Origin: an uncultured Spirochaetota bacterium
Lineage (GTDB): Bacteria; Spirochaetota; Brevinematia; Brevinematales; JAOACQ01
NCBI GenBank assembly: GCA_963783575.1
Contig: CAWAOD010000009.1
Coordinates: 32,001 to 96,000, forward strand
Reading direction: 5' to 3'
DNA length: 64,000 nucleotides
The stretch's first letter is position 1; each line of letters opens with the position of its first letter. The translations under genes were made by a program, and so were the position numbers. Shown here one piece after another: positions 21,246-30,936 of this stretch. The notes under the pieces were generated by a model. The model made no database searches, was not told the DNA's origin, and was given only the letters and a program-made list of their open reading frames with translations.

Positions 21246-22424
21246 ATGAAATCATTATTAATGCTATTTTTTTGTTTTGCTATGTTTTATTTTTCGACAG
21301 GTTATACCACCAATTCTGAAAAATTTTTTGCGGGTCCCTGGATATCAATAGCCTGTTCGACTGACGGCAACCATATAGTGGCCCTTCAGGAGGATGGCGG
21401 TTACACGATATATATATCATCCGACAAAGGGGCTACCTGGAAGAGGCATGAGATCGATGCTAAATACGTGATGGCTGTTACCTGTTCCGATGATGGAAGT
21501 CTTATAGCAGGTTGCTTTAGCGAGGGAGGTGCTTTTGGACATGCCGGAGTTTTTACTTCGAGTGATGGGGGTGAACACTTTATTAAACATAAGTTATCAG
21601 GTTCTAGACTATGGTCATCAGTAACCAGTTCGGCTGATGGTAGTCATCTTGCGGCCTGTCTTGACAATTCTGTAATGAGTTCACCCGATGTTTGGACATC
21701 TGAAGATGGTGGTAATACTTGGACCGAGCATAAGTCGGTTGGATATAGTCGCTGGAAATCAATAGCATGTTCAACTGATGGGAGCAAATTAGTCGTTTGT
21801 GATGCTTTTTCTAACGTCTTATTATCTGAAGACTATGGTGTTAACTGGAACAAAAAACCTCCTTTGACAACTGATTATGAGAGTTTTTTGCATATATCAT
21901 GTTCTTATAATGCAAGTCTCATTGTTTACAGCAGCGCCTTTGCAGGCACAGATAATAATAATAGTGATAATAATAATAAAAGAAACATAAACGTTTATAT
22001 CTCTACTGATGAAGGACTAAACTGGACAAAAAAAATACTTAAGCAAACTGTATTATCAAGTACTTGTTCTTACGATGGCAGCAATATATTCGTATTTAGC
22101 GGACAGATTGGAGATGGATTTATTACCCATGATATCGGTGGTTATATCGATATTTCAACCGACGGAGGAACCAGCTGGTCCGAACAAAAAGCTCCGTTAT
22201 TATGTTGTATAACATGCTCCTCCAATGGAAGCTTTATTGCGGGAGGTGATAGTCATGGCTATATTTATATTTCAACAGATAGCGGGAAAACATGGACCTC
22301 AAATAACACCTACATTCAGAGTGATAGCCTGGCTGTAACGAATAAAGTAGGACAAACAACCAACGAGAACACCCCTGTCCAAAAATTAAAAATAATACAA
22401 AGTTCGCTTAGTAATAAAACTTAG
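21246..22424 (+). CDS. Secreted Asp-box/BNR repeat beta-propeller protein
   Basis: Signal peptide; repeated SxDxGxTW motifs (SSDKGATW, SEDGGNTW, STDGGTSW, STDSGKTW). Confidence 0.85.
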   Translation: MKSLLMLFFCFAMFYFSTGYTTNSEKFFAGPWISIACSTDGNHIVALQEDGGYTIYISSDKGATWKRHEIDAKYVMAVTCSDDGSLIAGCFSEGGAFGHAGVFTSSDGGEHFIKHKLSGSRLWSSVTSSADGSHLAACLDNSVMSSPDVWTSEDGGNTWTEHKSVGYSRWKSIACSTDGSKLVVCDAFSNVLLSEDYGVNWNKKPPLTTDYESFLHISCSYNASLIVYSSAFAGTDNNNSDNNNKRNINVYISTDEGLNWTKKILKQTVLSSTCSYDGSNIFVFSGQIGDGFITHDIGGYIDISTDGGTSWSEQKAPLLCCITCSSNGSFIAGGDSHGYIYISTDSGKTWTSNNTYIQSDSLAVTNKVGQTTNENTPVQKLKIIQSSLSNKT

Positions 22425-22934
22425 ACGTTACTGCCTAATTATTGTCCTAACGGCGATTTTACATCTCAGGAAATAATAATTAATCCTCGCTATGATTCCT
22501 ACATCCCTAATCTCAAAGATAAATGGCATTTGATAGTTGCTGAAGCTGGCGGTTCATTATGTGCCGATGCCCAGGCTGAAATAAAAAATGGTGAGGCGCA
22601 TGTAATTATCAATTGGAGTAAATTTAATGATCCTTGGAGAGTACAATTGTGTATTTTGCCAATAATTCTTGAAAATGGGAAAACATACAGGCTAAAATTT
22701 GATGCTAATTGTGACAACAATTATAAAATTAAAGTTGGAATTCACAAGATTGAAAAGAATTGGAAACGTGTAACCGAAAGAAGTTTTGATATAGATTCTG
22801 AAAAAAGAACATACTCATTAATTTTTAAAATGGTCGATTCTGCTCAGGATAATTATAGACTTGAATTTAACTTGAACGGCAATAAGGGCAATTTCTGGCT
22901 CTCCAATGTTCATGTTGAAGAATCAATGGAATAA
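22425..22934 (+). CDS. Carbohydrate-binding module (CBM4/9-like), in frame with the preceding gene beyond a TAG
   Basis: PNGDF...W, LENGKTYRLKFDA, FWLSNVHVEE; frame open from 22425. Confidence 0.7.
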   Translation, partial: TLLPNYCPNGDFTSQEIIINPRYDSYIPNLKDKWHLIVAEAGGSLCADAQAEIKNGEAHVIINWSKFNDPWRVQLCILPIILENGKTYRLKFDANCDNNYKIKVGIHKIEKNWKRVTERSFDIDSEKRTYSLIFKMVDSAQDNYRLEFNLNGNKGNFWLSNVHVEESME

Positions 22935-23215
22935 ATAAGCCAAAAATTTAACGGCAGTAATATATGAACAGGTTTAGTATTAACCCGATAGTTGACCTAT
23001 GCTATCTTGGCGGAAATACTTTAAATTCAATTTAAGATGGTCTGACAGATAGTCGCCGCTCATTTGCGCAGATCAGTGCGCCGAACCGGGGCGGATCTCG
23101 CCCCGCCAGTTCCTCCGCCTGGTCTACCTGGCACAGCCCGAGATGATGGTCAAACTTTAAAATAAGTACCGAAAATATCCCCGTTACGTCAAATATTTTT
23201 CTACTCGAAATTTCG

Positions 23216-23263
23216 TTTTATTGCAGTTTTTTATTCAGTTAATTATAATTCTTCCTATCAGTC
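23216..23263 (+). mobile_element. IS91-like end unit, copy 3 (short), with promoter TTGCAG-17-TATAAT (23221-23249)
   Basis: ttttattgcagttttttattcagttaattataattcttcctatcagtc matches the ends of copies 1 and 2. Confidence 0.7.
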
Positions 23264-23290
23264 GCTGTCGGCAAGGTTGTTTCCGGTAAA

Positions 23291-24130
23291 ATGCAATTTA
23301 GGGGGCAAATAATGAACAGGCTTTTTGAATTATTAGATGGTATCGAAATATTCCATCGTATCTTTAAGTTCGCAAGCGTATCATTCATGAACAAGGTCCT
23401 TTTAACATTAATCGGCATATTTTTGCTTGATGTTATTCTTTTTCTTGCATATCCTTTTCTGCCGAAAGACGAATTGGCCGGGATACCACATTACGGTTTA
23501 TTATTAGTCCTGCCGGTTGTGGCAATATGTATTATCATCTGGTATATATTTTACCGGATAAACAAAGCAAGCATGTCATCATTATCCAGAGCGGCAGCCG
23601 ACGGAGATACCCGGAAATGCAGTGAACTCATTGAAAACGGGGCTAAAATTGACGCAAAAACCCTTCTGGGAGATACTGCGATTATTTATGCCGCTATGAA
23701 CGGCCGAAGGGAAACCCTTGAATATCTTATTTCAAAGGGGGCCTCCGTCGATATTTATGATGTCGAACACAAAACTCCGCTCCTCGCGGCAGTTGAATAT
23801 TGCAGCGGACATGAATTAATAGAAATAATGAAAGTATTGCTTGACGTCCATGCTGATACAGAAATTACCGATAATTTGGGAAAAACGGTACTCTGGCATG
23901 CGGTACGCCGGAAAAACGCCGAAGCCGTTAATCTTCTTATCCAAAAGGGCGCCAATGTCAACGCAACATATTGTTCCGATGACAGGTTTAATCAAACGGA
24001 AGTTTATAATCTGGAAATCGATAAAAATTACAGGAGCGTACTCGACGATGTACCGCCGGATGCCCACGAAATAAGGAAGATGCTAATTGATGCAGGAGCA
24101 AAAGAAACATTTCTTGACGGCAAAATCTAA
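23291..24130 (+). CDS. Membrane-anchored ankyrin repeat protein
   Basis: Two TM segments; GDTAIIYAA, KTPLLAA, GKTVLWHA, LIQKGANVNA. Confidence 0.9.
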   Translation: MQFRGQIMNRLFELLDGIEIFHRIFKFASVSFMNKVLLTLIGIFLLDVILFLAYPFLPKDELAGIPHYGLLLVLPVVAICIIIWYIFYRINKASMSSLSRAAADGDTRKCSELIENGAKIDAKTLLGDTAIIYAAMNGRRETLEYLISKGASVDIYDVEHKTPLLAAVEYCSGHELIEIMKVLLDVHADTEITDNLGKTVLWHAVRRKNAEAVNLLIQKGANVNATYCSDDRFNQTEVYNLEIDKNYRSVLDDVPPDAHEIRKMLIDAGAKETFLDGKI

Positions 24131-24319
24131 AACAATATGCAAAGTTGATTGTACAAATATACGAGGGTTAAAATGAATAAAATCTTTATTTCTTCAATTA
24201 AATCAATAATCTTCCAAAAACCTATATAATCAGAACCTACTTGTAGTGGTTCCGTCTTATCCGGTCGCCGGGTGATTTTTGCGAAGTAAAAAATTGCTCG
24301 AGGAGGCCGTCACTAAGCT

Positions 24320-24385
24320 CCCATCGATACAATCGCTACCGCGATCACACTTCGATAAACTCAGTGCACCGCTCGGGAATCGAAG
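24320..24385. repeat. REP-like elements (nested)
   Basis: cacttcgataaactcagtgca is the reverse-complement relative of the tgcactgagct..gtcgaa.gtg element at 17785-17849. Confidence 0.5.
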
Positions 24386-24422
24386 AAGGCTTTTTTTAAA
24401 TCTCCAATATGTACTAACTGGA

Positions 24423-24600
24423 TCCTCATTGTTTAAGGGTGAAAAAAGAAATGTAGCCGTTTTATTTCCCGATATCCGTTCATTTACCAGTATTTCTAAA
24501 ATTTATATCGAACGCTGCGAAGGTTATATGAAAAACCCGCCCTCCGCCGATTGGGACGGGGTTGAAGTTCTGGATTTTAAATAATTTACCGGTTGAATAG
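24423..24600 (+). pseudogene. Third cyclase 3' fragment with internal deletion
   Basis: SSLFKGEKRNVAVLFPDIRSFTSIS joined directly to KIYIERCEGYMKNPPSADWDGVEVLDFK* through the agtatttc microhomology; similarity to copy 1 continues ~16 nt past the stop. Confidence 0.9.
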
Positions 24601-24761
24601 TGGAAAGGTAACAGTATAATTTTTCCTCCCAGTTAGCCATTATTATTCGATATTTTGATAAAAATGAACTGTTGTCTTTTTTTGACAAAAATTCTACTCT
24701 TGAATATATTTCTCAAAGATTAGAAATTAAACTGTAAACTTTAACAGTTTGGGCGGGATTT

Positions 24762-27050
24762 ATGAATAATAATTTTGATGTTGTTGTGATCGGATCAGGT
24801 ATTGGGGGTATGGCTGCAGCGGGTTTATTGGCAAAATTATTAAAGAAAAAAGTATTGGTACTGGAAAGGCATTTTGAACTTGGCGGATTGACGCATATTT
24901 TCAGAAGAGGGAATTATTCCTGGGATGTGGGACTCCATTATGTCGGGGAAATGGGCAATGGGGAAATCCCGAGACTTCTTTTCGATTTTCTGACCGACGG
25001 TAAATTGTCCTGGAATAAGATGCCTTCACCTTTTGAGAAATTTATTTATCCTGATTTCACTTTTGAAGTACCGGATAATCCTGAAAGATATCGGAATAAT
25101 CTAATAGCGCTTTTTCCGGACGAGGAAAAAGCAATTAAACGATATTTCCGGGATATACGAAAGGCAGCAGGCTGGCACATCAGGAACTATGTCATTAAAT
25201 TTCTTCCGTTTATTATTAATGCCTGGATCCGGATGATAAATCTGCCCGGACAAAAACTGGCTCTTACAACCACTGAAAATTATTTTAAAAACCGCTTTAA
25301 AGATAATAAATTAAAAGCTGTACTTGCCAGCCAGTGGGGTGATTACGGCCTTCCCCCCGAAGAAAGCGCATTCGCAATCCATTCGTTAATTGTCACTCAT
25401 TATCTTAAAGGAGGTTATTACCCGAATGGCGGTTCTTCCCGAATTGTGCAAAATATTGAAATGATCGTGGAAAAACAGGGCGGTGAATGCCTGGTAAATC
25501 AGGAAGTACAAGGAGTTATTATCGAAAACAAGAAGGCCGTTGGTGTCCGGGTTCTTGACAGGAATGGTCCTATACCGATAGAAGAAACTTTTTATGCTCC
25601 TATTGTAATATCGGATTCCGGTGCATGGAATACCTATGCAACCCTTATTCCGGATAAATATTCGGAATCGGTAATCAAACGTTTAAAACATATGAATCAC
25701 GGTCATAGCGCAGTTATACTGTTTTTGAGACTAAAGGGTTCTCCGGTGAGCCTGGGAGTTAAAGGTGAAAATTACTGGATTAACGATATTTTTGATCATA
25801 ACGGACTGTCCGGACAAACCCGCCGTTTATTGGAAGGAAATCCTGTAAAATGCTATGTATCCTTTCCTTCAATAAAGGATACGACAACAGAAAATCATAC
25901 TGCGGAAATCATTGCGCTTTGCGACTATGAGGATTTTGCTTCCTGGCAAAGCCAACCATGGAAAAGACGGGAAACAGTTTACTACGAACTTAAAGAAAAA
26001 ATAGCCGGTGGTCTTATAAAACTGGCGGAGAAGTATATACCGGGAATAAAGGGGTTGATTGAATACCAGGAATTGTCCACCCCTTTGACAATGGAACATT
26101 TCACGAACCGGATTAATGGGGTAATGTATGGAATCCCGGCGACTCCAGATCGTTATAAACTTAACTTTCTAAAGATAAGAACTCCCGTTCAAAACATATT
26201 TCTTTGCGGTTCCGATATTCTTTCAGTGGGCATTGTCGGCGCATTGATGGGAGGAGTGGCAACCGTAAGCCATATAATGGGAATGCGAGGTTTTTTCAGG
26301 ATATTGTCGGAAGTCAGAAGATCAAAAAAGATCTATGGTGAAAGTTCATTGAATATTATTCAGCCATTGCATCCAACTAATCGGACCCAGGTTGAAGGAT
26401 GTGTTGATTCTATAGAACAATTGACTGATACAGTCTATGAAATAATATATCAGCTGGAACGGGATGTCCTTTTTTATCCGGGCCAATATGCTAAAATACA
26501 GGTTGACGAAACTATCTGGAGAGAATATTCCATTGTAGAACTTCAAAAACAGCTGCTAAAATTCATAATCGAAACAAGAACGGACGGTCCCGGCTCGAAG
26601 TATATACTGTCATTAAAACCCGGGGACATAAGCCAAATCAGACTTCCATCAGGAGAATTTATTCTTCATGCCGAAGAAACAGGCAAGGTTTTCATCGCAA
26701 CCGGTACAGGCATTACCCCTTTTATACCCATGTTTCAAGAGCTGGCCGACCGGGATTTTCATGATAAGGTTTATCTTTATTTCGGATGCAGGTCCCGGAA
26801 AGATTATTTTATTTCCCGATATATTGATAAATTAAAAAATAAATTAGACTTCCATGAAATAATTTGTCTGAGCCGGGAGGAAAGGAGCGGAAATTTCATC
26901 AAAGGCCGGGTTACCGGCCCGCTGAACAATATACAGGGAAAGCAGATAGATTTTGAATATTATATTTCCGGAAATTCCAATATGATTATGGATGTCTCCA
27001 AACTGCTTCGAAGTAAAGGTGTTAAACGGCTGTATACGGAAAATTATTGA
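24762..27050 (+). CDS. Phytoene desaturase/retinol saturase-like flavoprotein fused to a ferredoxin-reductase-type FAD/NAD module
   Basis: VIGSGIGG, WDVGLHY, STPLT; C-terminal FYPGQY, REYSI, GPGS, FIATGTGITPF, YFGCR. Confidence 0.85.
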   Translation: MNNNFDVVVIGSGIGGMAAAGLLAKLLKKKVLVLERHFELGGLTHIFRRGNYSWDVGLHYVGEMGNGEIPRLLFDFLTDGKLSWNKMPSPFEKFIYPDFTFEVPDNPERYRNNLIALFPDEEKAIKRYFRDIRKAAGWHIRNYVIKFLPFIINAWIRMINLPGQKLALTTTENYFKNRFKDNKLKAVLASQWGDYGLPPEESAFAIHSLIVTHYLKGGYYPNGGSSRIVQNIEMIVEKQGGECLVNQEVQGVIIENKKAVGVRVLDRNGPIPIEETFYAPIVISDSGAWNTYATLIPDKYSESVIKRLKHMNHGHSAVILFLRLKGSPVSLGVKGENYWINDIFDHNGLSGQTRRLLEGNPVKCYVSFPSIKDTTTENHTAEIIALCDYEDFASWQSQPWKRRETVYYELKEKIAGGLIKLAEKYIPGIKGLIEYQELSTPLTMEHFTNRINGVMYGIPATPDRYKLNFLKIRTPVQNIFLCGSDILSVGIVGALMGGVATVSHIMGMRGFFRILSEVRRSKKIYGESSLNIIQPLHPTNRTQVEGCVDSIEQLTDTVYEIIYQLERDVLFYPGQYAKIQVDETIWREYSIVELQKQLLKFIIETRTDGPGSKYILSLKPGDISQIRLPSGEFILHAEETGKVFIATGTGITPFIPMFQELADRDFHDKVYLYFGCRSRKDYFISRYIDKLKNKLDFHEIICLSREERSGNFIKGRVTGPLNNIQGKQIDFEYYISGNSNMIMDVSKLLRSKGVKRLYTENY

Positions 27051-27186
27051 ATTTGCGGCAAGTTCAGAAAATATATTACACAAATAATGGCCGTGATCTT
27101 CCAGCTTCATGTTCTGCTCGTCCCCAAGCCGTAGCCAGGCTTCCGCAGAATTTTAAGGAGACGTTATAAAAAATACCAGATGATCA

Positions 27187-27274
27187 AAAATTTATATCAA
27201 GCGCTGCGAAGGTTATTTGAAAAACCCACCTCCCGCCGATTGGGACGGAGTTGAAGTTCTGGACTTTAAATAAT
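27187..27274 (+). pseudogene. Fourth cyclase 3' fragment (last ~28 codons)
   Basis: KIYIKRCEGYLKNPPPADWDGVEVLDFK* ending TAA at 27271-27273. Confidence 0.9.
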
Positions 27275-27302
27275 ATCGAAAACATATTTTTGGAGAGAAT
27301 TT

Positions 27303-27896
27303 ATGGCTGAATTGACACCGCCCAGGGACATTCGTTTTATTGAACAAAAGGACCGTGTGGAATGCCGGCTGAAATCCGTACCTGTTAGATCATTTTTCAT
27401 GATTCCTTTCTCAATATTCTGGATGGGATTGATGTTTAAAATATGTTCTACAGGATATCACCCATCTGATTTAAAAATTCTTGCTATTATATGGCTTGTT
27501 ATTTCCTCACCGGGGTTTATTGTATTCTTTATTGGCTTTGGTTCTCTGTTCAATCATCAGTCGATATTTATCACCAATGACCGGATTACTCACTTGAAAA
27601 GATCACTTCCATGGCCCAGCCGGTATCATCTTTTATTGGAAGGATTGACTAATGCGCAATGTATAGTTCGAACATATCAAAGATCTTCACTAAGAAGAGA
27701 GCAAAACCTGGGATTAGCATTTGAACGTTTCGATTATATACTCCGGTTTTTCTTCGGTACTGACAAAAAAACCGATTGGAACATCAACCTTTCCAAGAAT
27801 CAGGCAGAATTCATTGTGAGGTGTTTGCAGGATAAATTTAATCTCCCGGAATCCCTCTCTAAGGATAATATGTCCGATAGTTTCGGCAAAGTTTAG
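27303..27896 (+). CDS. Hypothetical membrane protein (2 TM)
   Basis: ORF with ggagag RBS and two hydrophobic segments. Confidence 0.65.
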   Translation: MAELTPPRDIRFIEQKDRVECRLKSVPVRSFFMIPFSIFWMGLMFKICSTGYHPSDLKILAIIWLVISSPGFIVFFIGFGSLFNHQSIFITNDRITHLKRSLPWPSRYHLLLEGLTNAQCIVRTYQRSSLRREQNLGLAFERFDYILRFFFGTDKKTDWNINLSKNQAEFIVRCLQDKFNLPESLSKDNMSDSFGKV

Positions 27897-27932
27897 AATA
27901 ACTAAAGAAGACTTTATAAATAAGAGGTTAGT

Positions 27933-28425
27933 ATGAATATTTATAAGAAGATCGCCCTTGTAGCTCATGACAATAAGAAAAAGGGACTTATCGAATGGCT
28001 TGAATTTAACTGGAAGAACCTGATTCAGCATAAACTGATCTGCACCGGAACGACCGGAATGCTGGTGGAAGAGGCTCTTAAAAAAAAGCTTAAAGAGGAA
28101 AACAATACCCACGAGCACTATGATATTGTCAAACTGAAATCAGGCCCGCTGGGTGGAGATCAACAGCTTGGATCTATGATAGCGGAAGGACTGATTGATA
28201 TGATAATATTTTTATGGGACCCTATGGAGCCTCAGCCGCATGATGTGGATGTCAAAGCCCTGCTTCGTATTGCCGTAGTATATAATATCCCGACTGCCTG
28301 CAACCGTTCAACGGCGGATTATCTGATTTCTTCTTCCTTTGATTTCTTCTTCCTTAATGAACGAAAAGTATACCCCAATAATGGAAGACTACAGCGGTTA
28401 TATCCACCGTGAATTCAGTCTTTAA
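27933..28425 (+). CDS. mgsA: Methylglyoxal synthase; C-terminus frameshifted by a 16-bp tandem duplication
   Basis: IALVAHDNKK, TGTTG, SGPLGGDQQ, PHDVDVKALLR. Confidence 0.95.
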
Positions 28426-28504
28426 GAAATATAATTTTTTATTGAATCACTTTTTACCGGTTGATTTTTTTGGTTTTTATTCATACAAGTCTCTATTTAT
28501 ATTC

Positions 28505-30107
28505 TTAATCGTAATATTTAAGATACTTCCATGCTTCTTTCATTGGGTATTTTACTTTTCTGCATACATATACCGGAAGGTCAGTATTGGAAGGCATTGT
28601 GTAATTGTTCCTGATAACAGTGGCAAGAGTAACATCCTCAAAAAAAGGGGCAAAGTATTGTATGCTTTTGGTTACAACTAACATAACTTCCCATGAATTT
28701 TCTCCCGGTCCCCACAGAAAATAATTCAAATGCCCGCTCACCGGCATGAGGCAAACCGTATTTTGATCCTAAAAGATCTACCGCGCCCGCCGGGCCGTAC
28801 CAGTCTGCAAGAATTCCGCATTTTGCACGGTCTTCCTGAGAAAGGCCGTTATAAACCCCGGCAACGGTTTTGACCAGATCATCCCAGCCGATCCTGTTTG
28901 AAAATTCCTGGGGATAGTCCGATTTAGGAAATTTGAAATCCCTGACAGGTTTATAAAGAAATCCGAAAACTTTTGAGTACGCGGGTAAAAGATCCTGCGG
29001 CAGTATAGGAAGGGATGAAGGTGCTACCAGGATGCCCCCGGCTATAAGGTATGAAATAGCCGCGATCTGCAAACTTCTTTTTCTTTGTAATCCGGAAAAC
29101 TTTTCTTCGATAAAGATTGCGCCTGAAGCTATTAGAGGTATGAAAAGCTCTGCCAGCATAAAGCTTCTTGCATGTAAAAAGAATACTAATATAAAAGTAA
29201 CCAGGAACAAAATACCGAAAATGCCGTAATTTGTCTCCCCGAAACGTCTGAAAATCCTGTACAATCCGATGCCCAGCAGAGGAATAAGCAACGGGTTCAT
29301 TGTCAAGGCTATATTTATAAAATACTCAGGGATTGAATATTGAAATAACAGATTTTTACTATAATTCGTCCAGTATTCGAGGGTGGGCCAGTGATTGATT
29401 TGTTCCCAGATTGCATAGGGCGATATTATGGCCAGGAATATTCCGGCGGCAAGCCATGGCCAGGGGGTTGAAAAATGCCTGTTGTATTTTGAAATAAGAA
29501 TAGCAATAAAAAGTCCTGGTGCTAAATATAAAATTTTTGTTTTGGTCATACAGGCAATACCTGCTACAAGACCCAGCGATAACCAGAGTTTTAAATTACC
29601 GGTCTTAATAAATTTTATAAGAATAAAAAGAAATATGGAAAGTACCAGCTGGTCGATGCTGTCGTAACAGAAAAAAGAATCCAGTATAAGCCATACGGGA
29701 GCTGTGATGAACCCCAACGAACTGATCGCAGTTGCAAGTAGTTTGCCGGTTAATTCCTTTGTTATAAGGCATACAAAGACAAGTGTCGCCGAACCGGCCA
29801 GCGCCGGAAATATATGATACCCGATCAGGGATTCGCCGAATATCAGGCGGCTCAATGCCACCAGGGCGGGTACTATCGGCGGGAGGTCTACATAACCGAA
29901 AGCCAGGTGCTTGCTGAGAGCTATTGTATATAGTTCATCGCAGAAATAACCATAATTTTGAGCTGTAAGCATATGAATTGTAAATTTTATGGCGGCGAAA
30001 AATATCACCAATAAAGTAAATTGAGACAATCCGAACAATGGCTTTTTAATTTGCCCGGAAAATCTTTCAAAAATCATAGCGCTACCCATAAAATAGCTCC
30101 TTTTCAT
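28505..30107 (-). CDS. GT-C (family 39/ArnT-like) membrane glycosyltransferase, frameshift near 28740
   Basis: YGYFCDELY...HLAFGYVDLPP; C-terminal SGHLNYFLWGP in the adjacent frame (28505-28747). Confidence 0.85.
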
Positions 30108-30391
30108 TTAATTTCTTATCATTTCTGTAAAACAAACTTTATTGATAATATTTTTATACATTTCCAAATTAATTCTTTACTCATTTTCGGCACTCTTCAA
30201 ACCAAGATATAGTTTTATTAAAAAAGCATCTGGACAGCCATACGCCTTGCCGTAATTCCTTCCATGGGCTGGTGCAAGCTTCGTCCCGGTCAGGTTGCAG
30301 GACAAAGACCATACCGCGCTAGGCTGCGAAACAGCCTCCAGGAGCAGCAGCGCCTTATCGCTAAGGTTTTTCGAAACGCTACTGATTTCGA

Positions 30392-30700
30392 TTACCGGCA
30401 TGCGGAAAGAATGTAATTTTTAACTATAGAATCCTCGATGCTGGTAACACTTTCAGTCGGTATATCGGCGGTAAAAACAACTATCAGATCTTTTTCCGGG
30501 AAAACATACATCATTTGTCCCTCATGGCCGCGAGTGGCAAATCCCCCAAAATTCGGAATCCAGCAATGATAACCGTAAAAGCCTTCCCCCCACCCGGTTA
30601 TTGAAGCTACTTTGGTAGATTCATTGACCCACTCTTCCGGCACAACCGATACATCACCCCATTTGCCCTTTTTCAAATAAAGGTACCCAAACCTGGCTTG
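30392..30700 (-). pseudogene. C-terminal fragment of a beta-lactamase-family serine hydrolase
   Basis: ARFGYLYLKKGKW...VVPEEWV...YGYHCW...RGHEGQMMYVFPEKDLIVV; no N-terminus. Confidence 0.75.
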
Positions 30701-30856
30701 ATGGTTCTATACATATATTCAAAAGAGAAGAAGAATTAAATTATAAAGTGATAGAGGATCAAAACAAAAAGAGAATAGCTTAAAGAAAAAGGGATATTTT
30801 AAAATAAATAGAAAGGGGACATTTTAATTTGCTTGACACAATCTTTTGTAGTTATA

Positions 30857-30916
30857 TTGACAATTCTTTTTAAATAATCTATTATATAATGACTGAATAT
30901 TCAGTCATTATATAAT
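30857..30916 (+). promoter_or_regulatory. Promoter (TTGACA-17-TATTAT) overlapped by a perfect 36-bp palindrome, probable TetR operator
   Basis: ATTATATAATGACTGAATATTCAGTCATTATATAAT at 30881-30916 equals its own reverse complement. Confidence 0.85.
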
Positions 30917-30936
30917 TTTATTGAGAGAGTGAAATA

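Noticed and set aside
23045..23165. Second IS91 transposase C-terminal relic before end copy 3
   Set aside because: GC-rich and suggestive (AHLRRS..LAPP), but too weak to call without a search.
24279..24584. 101-aa ORF as a real mini-cyclase
   Set aside because: The N-part is REP-derived with a TTG start, and the catalytic core is deleted.
17420..27300. Classical integron with attC sites, or a CRISPR array
   Set aside because: No tyrosine integrase, no attC-like hairpins bounding each cargo, no regularly spaced short repeats and no cas genes.
30177..30401. 74-aa ORF with a WD40-like stretch
   Set aside because: A single weak motif next to a gene fragment; no support as a gene.
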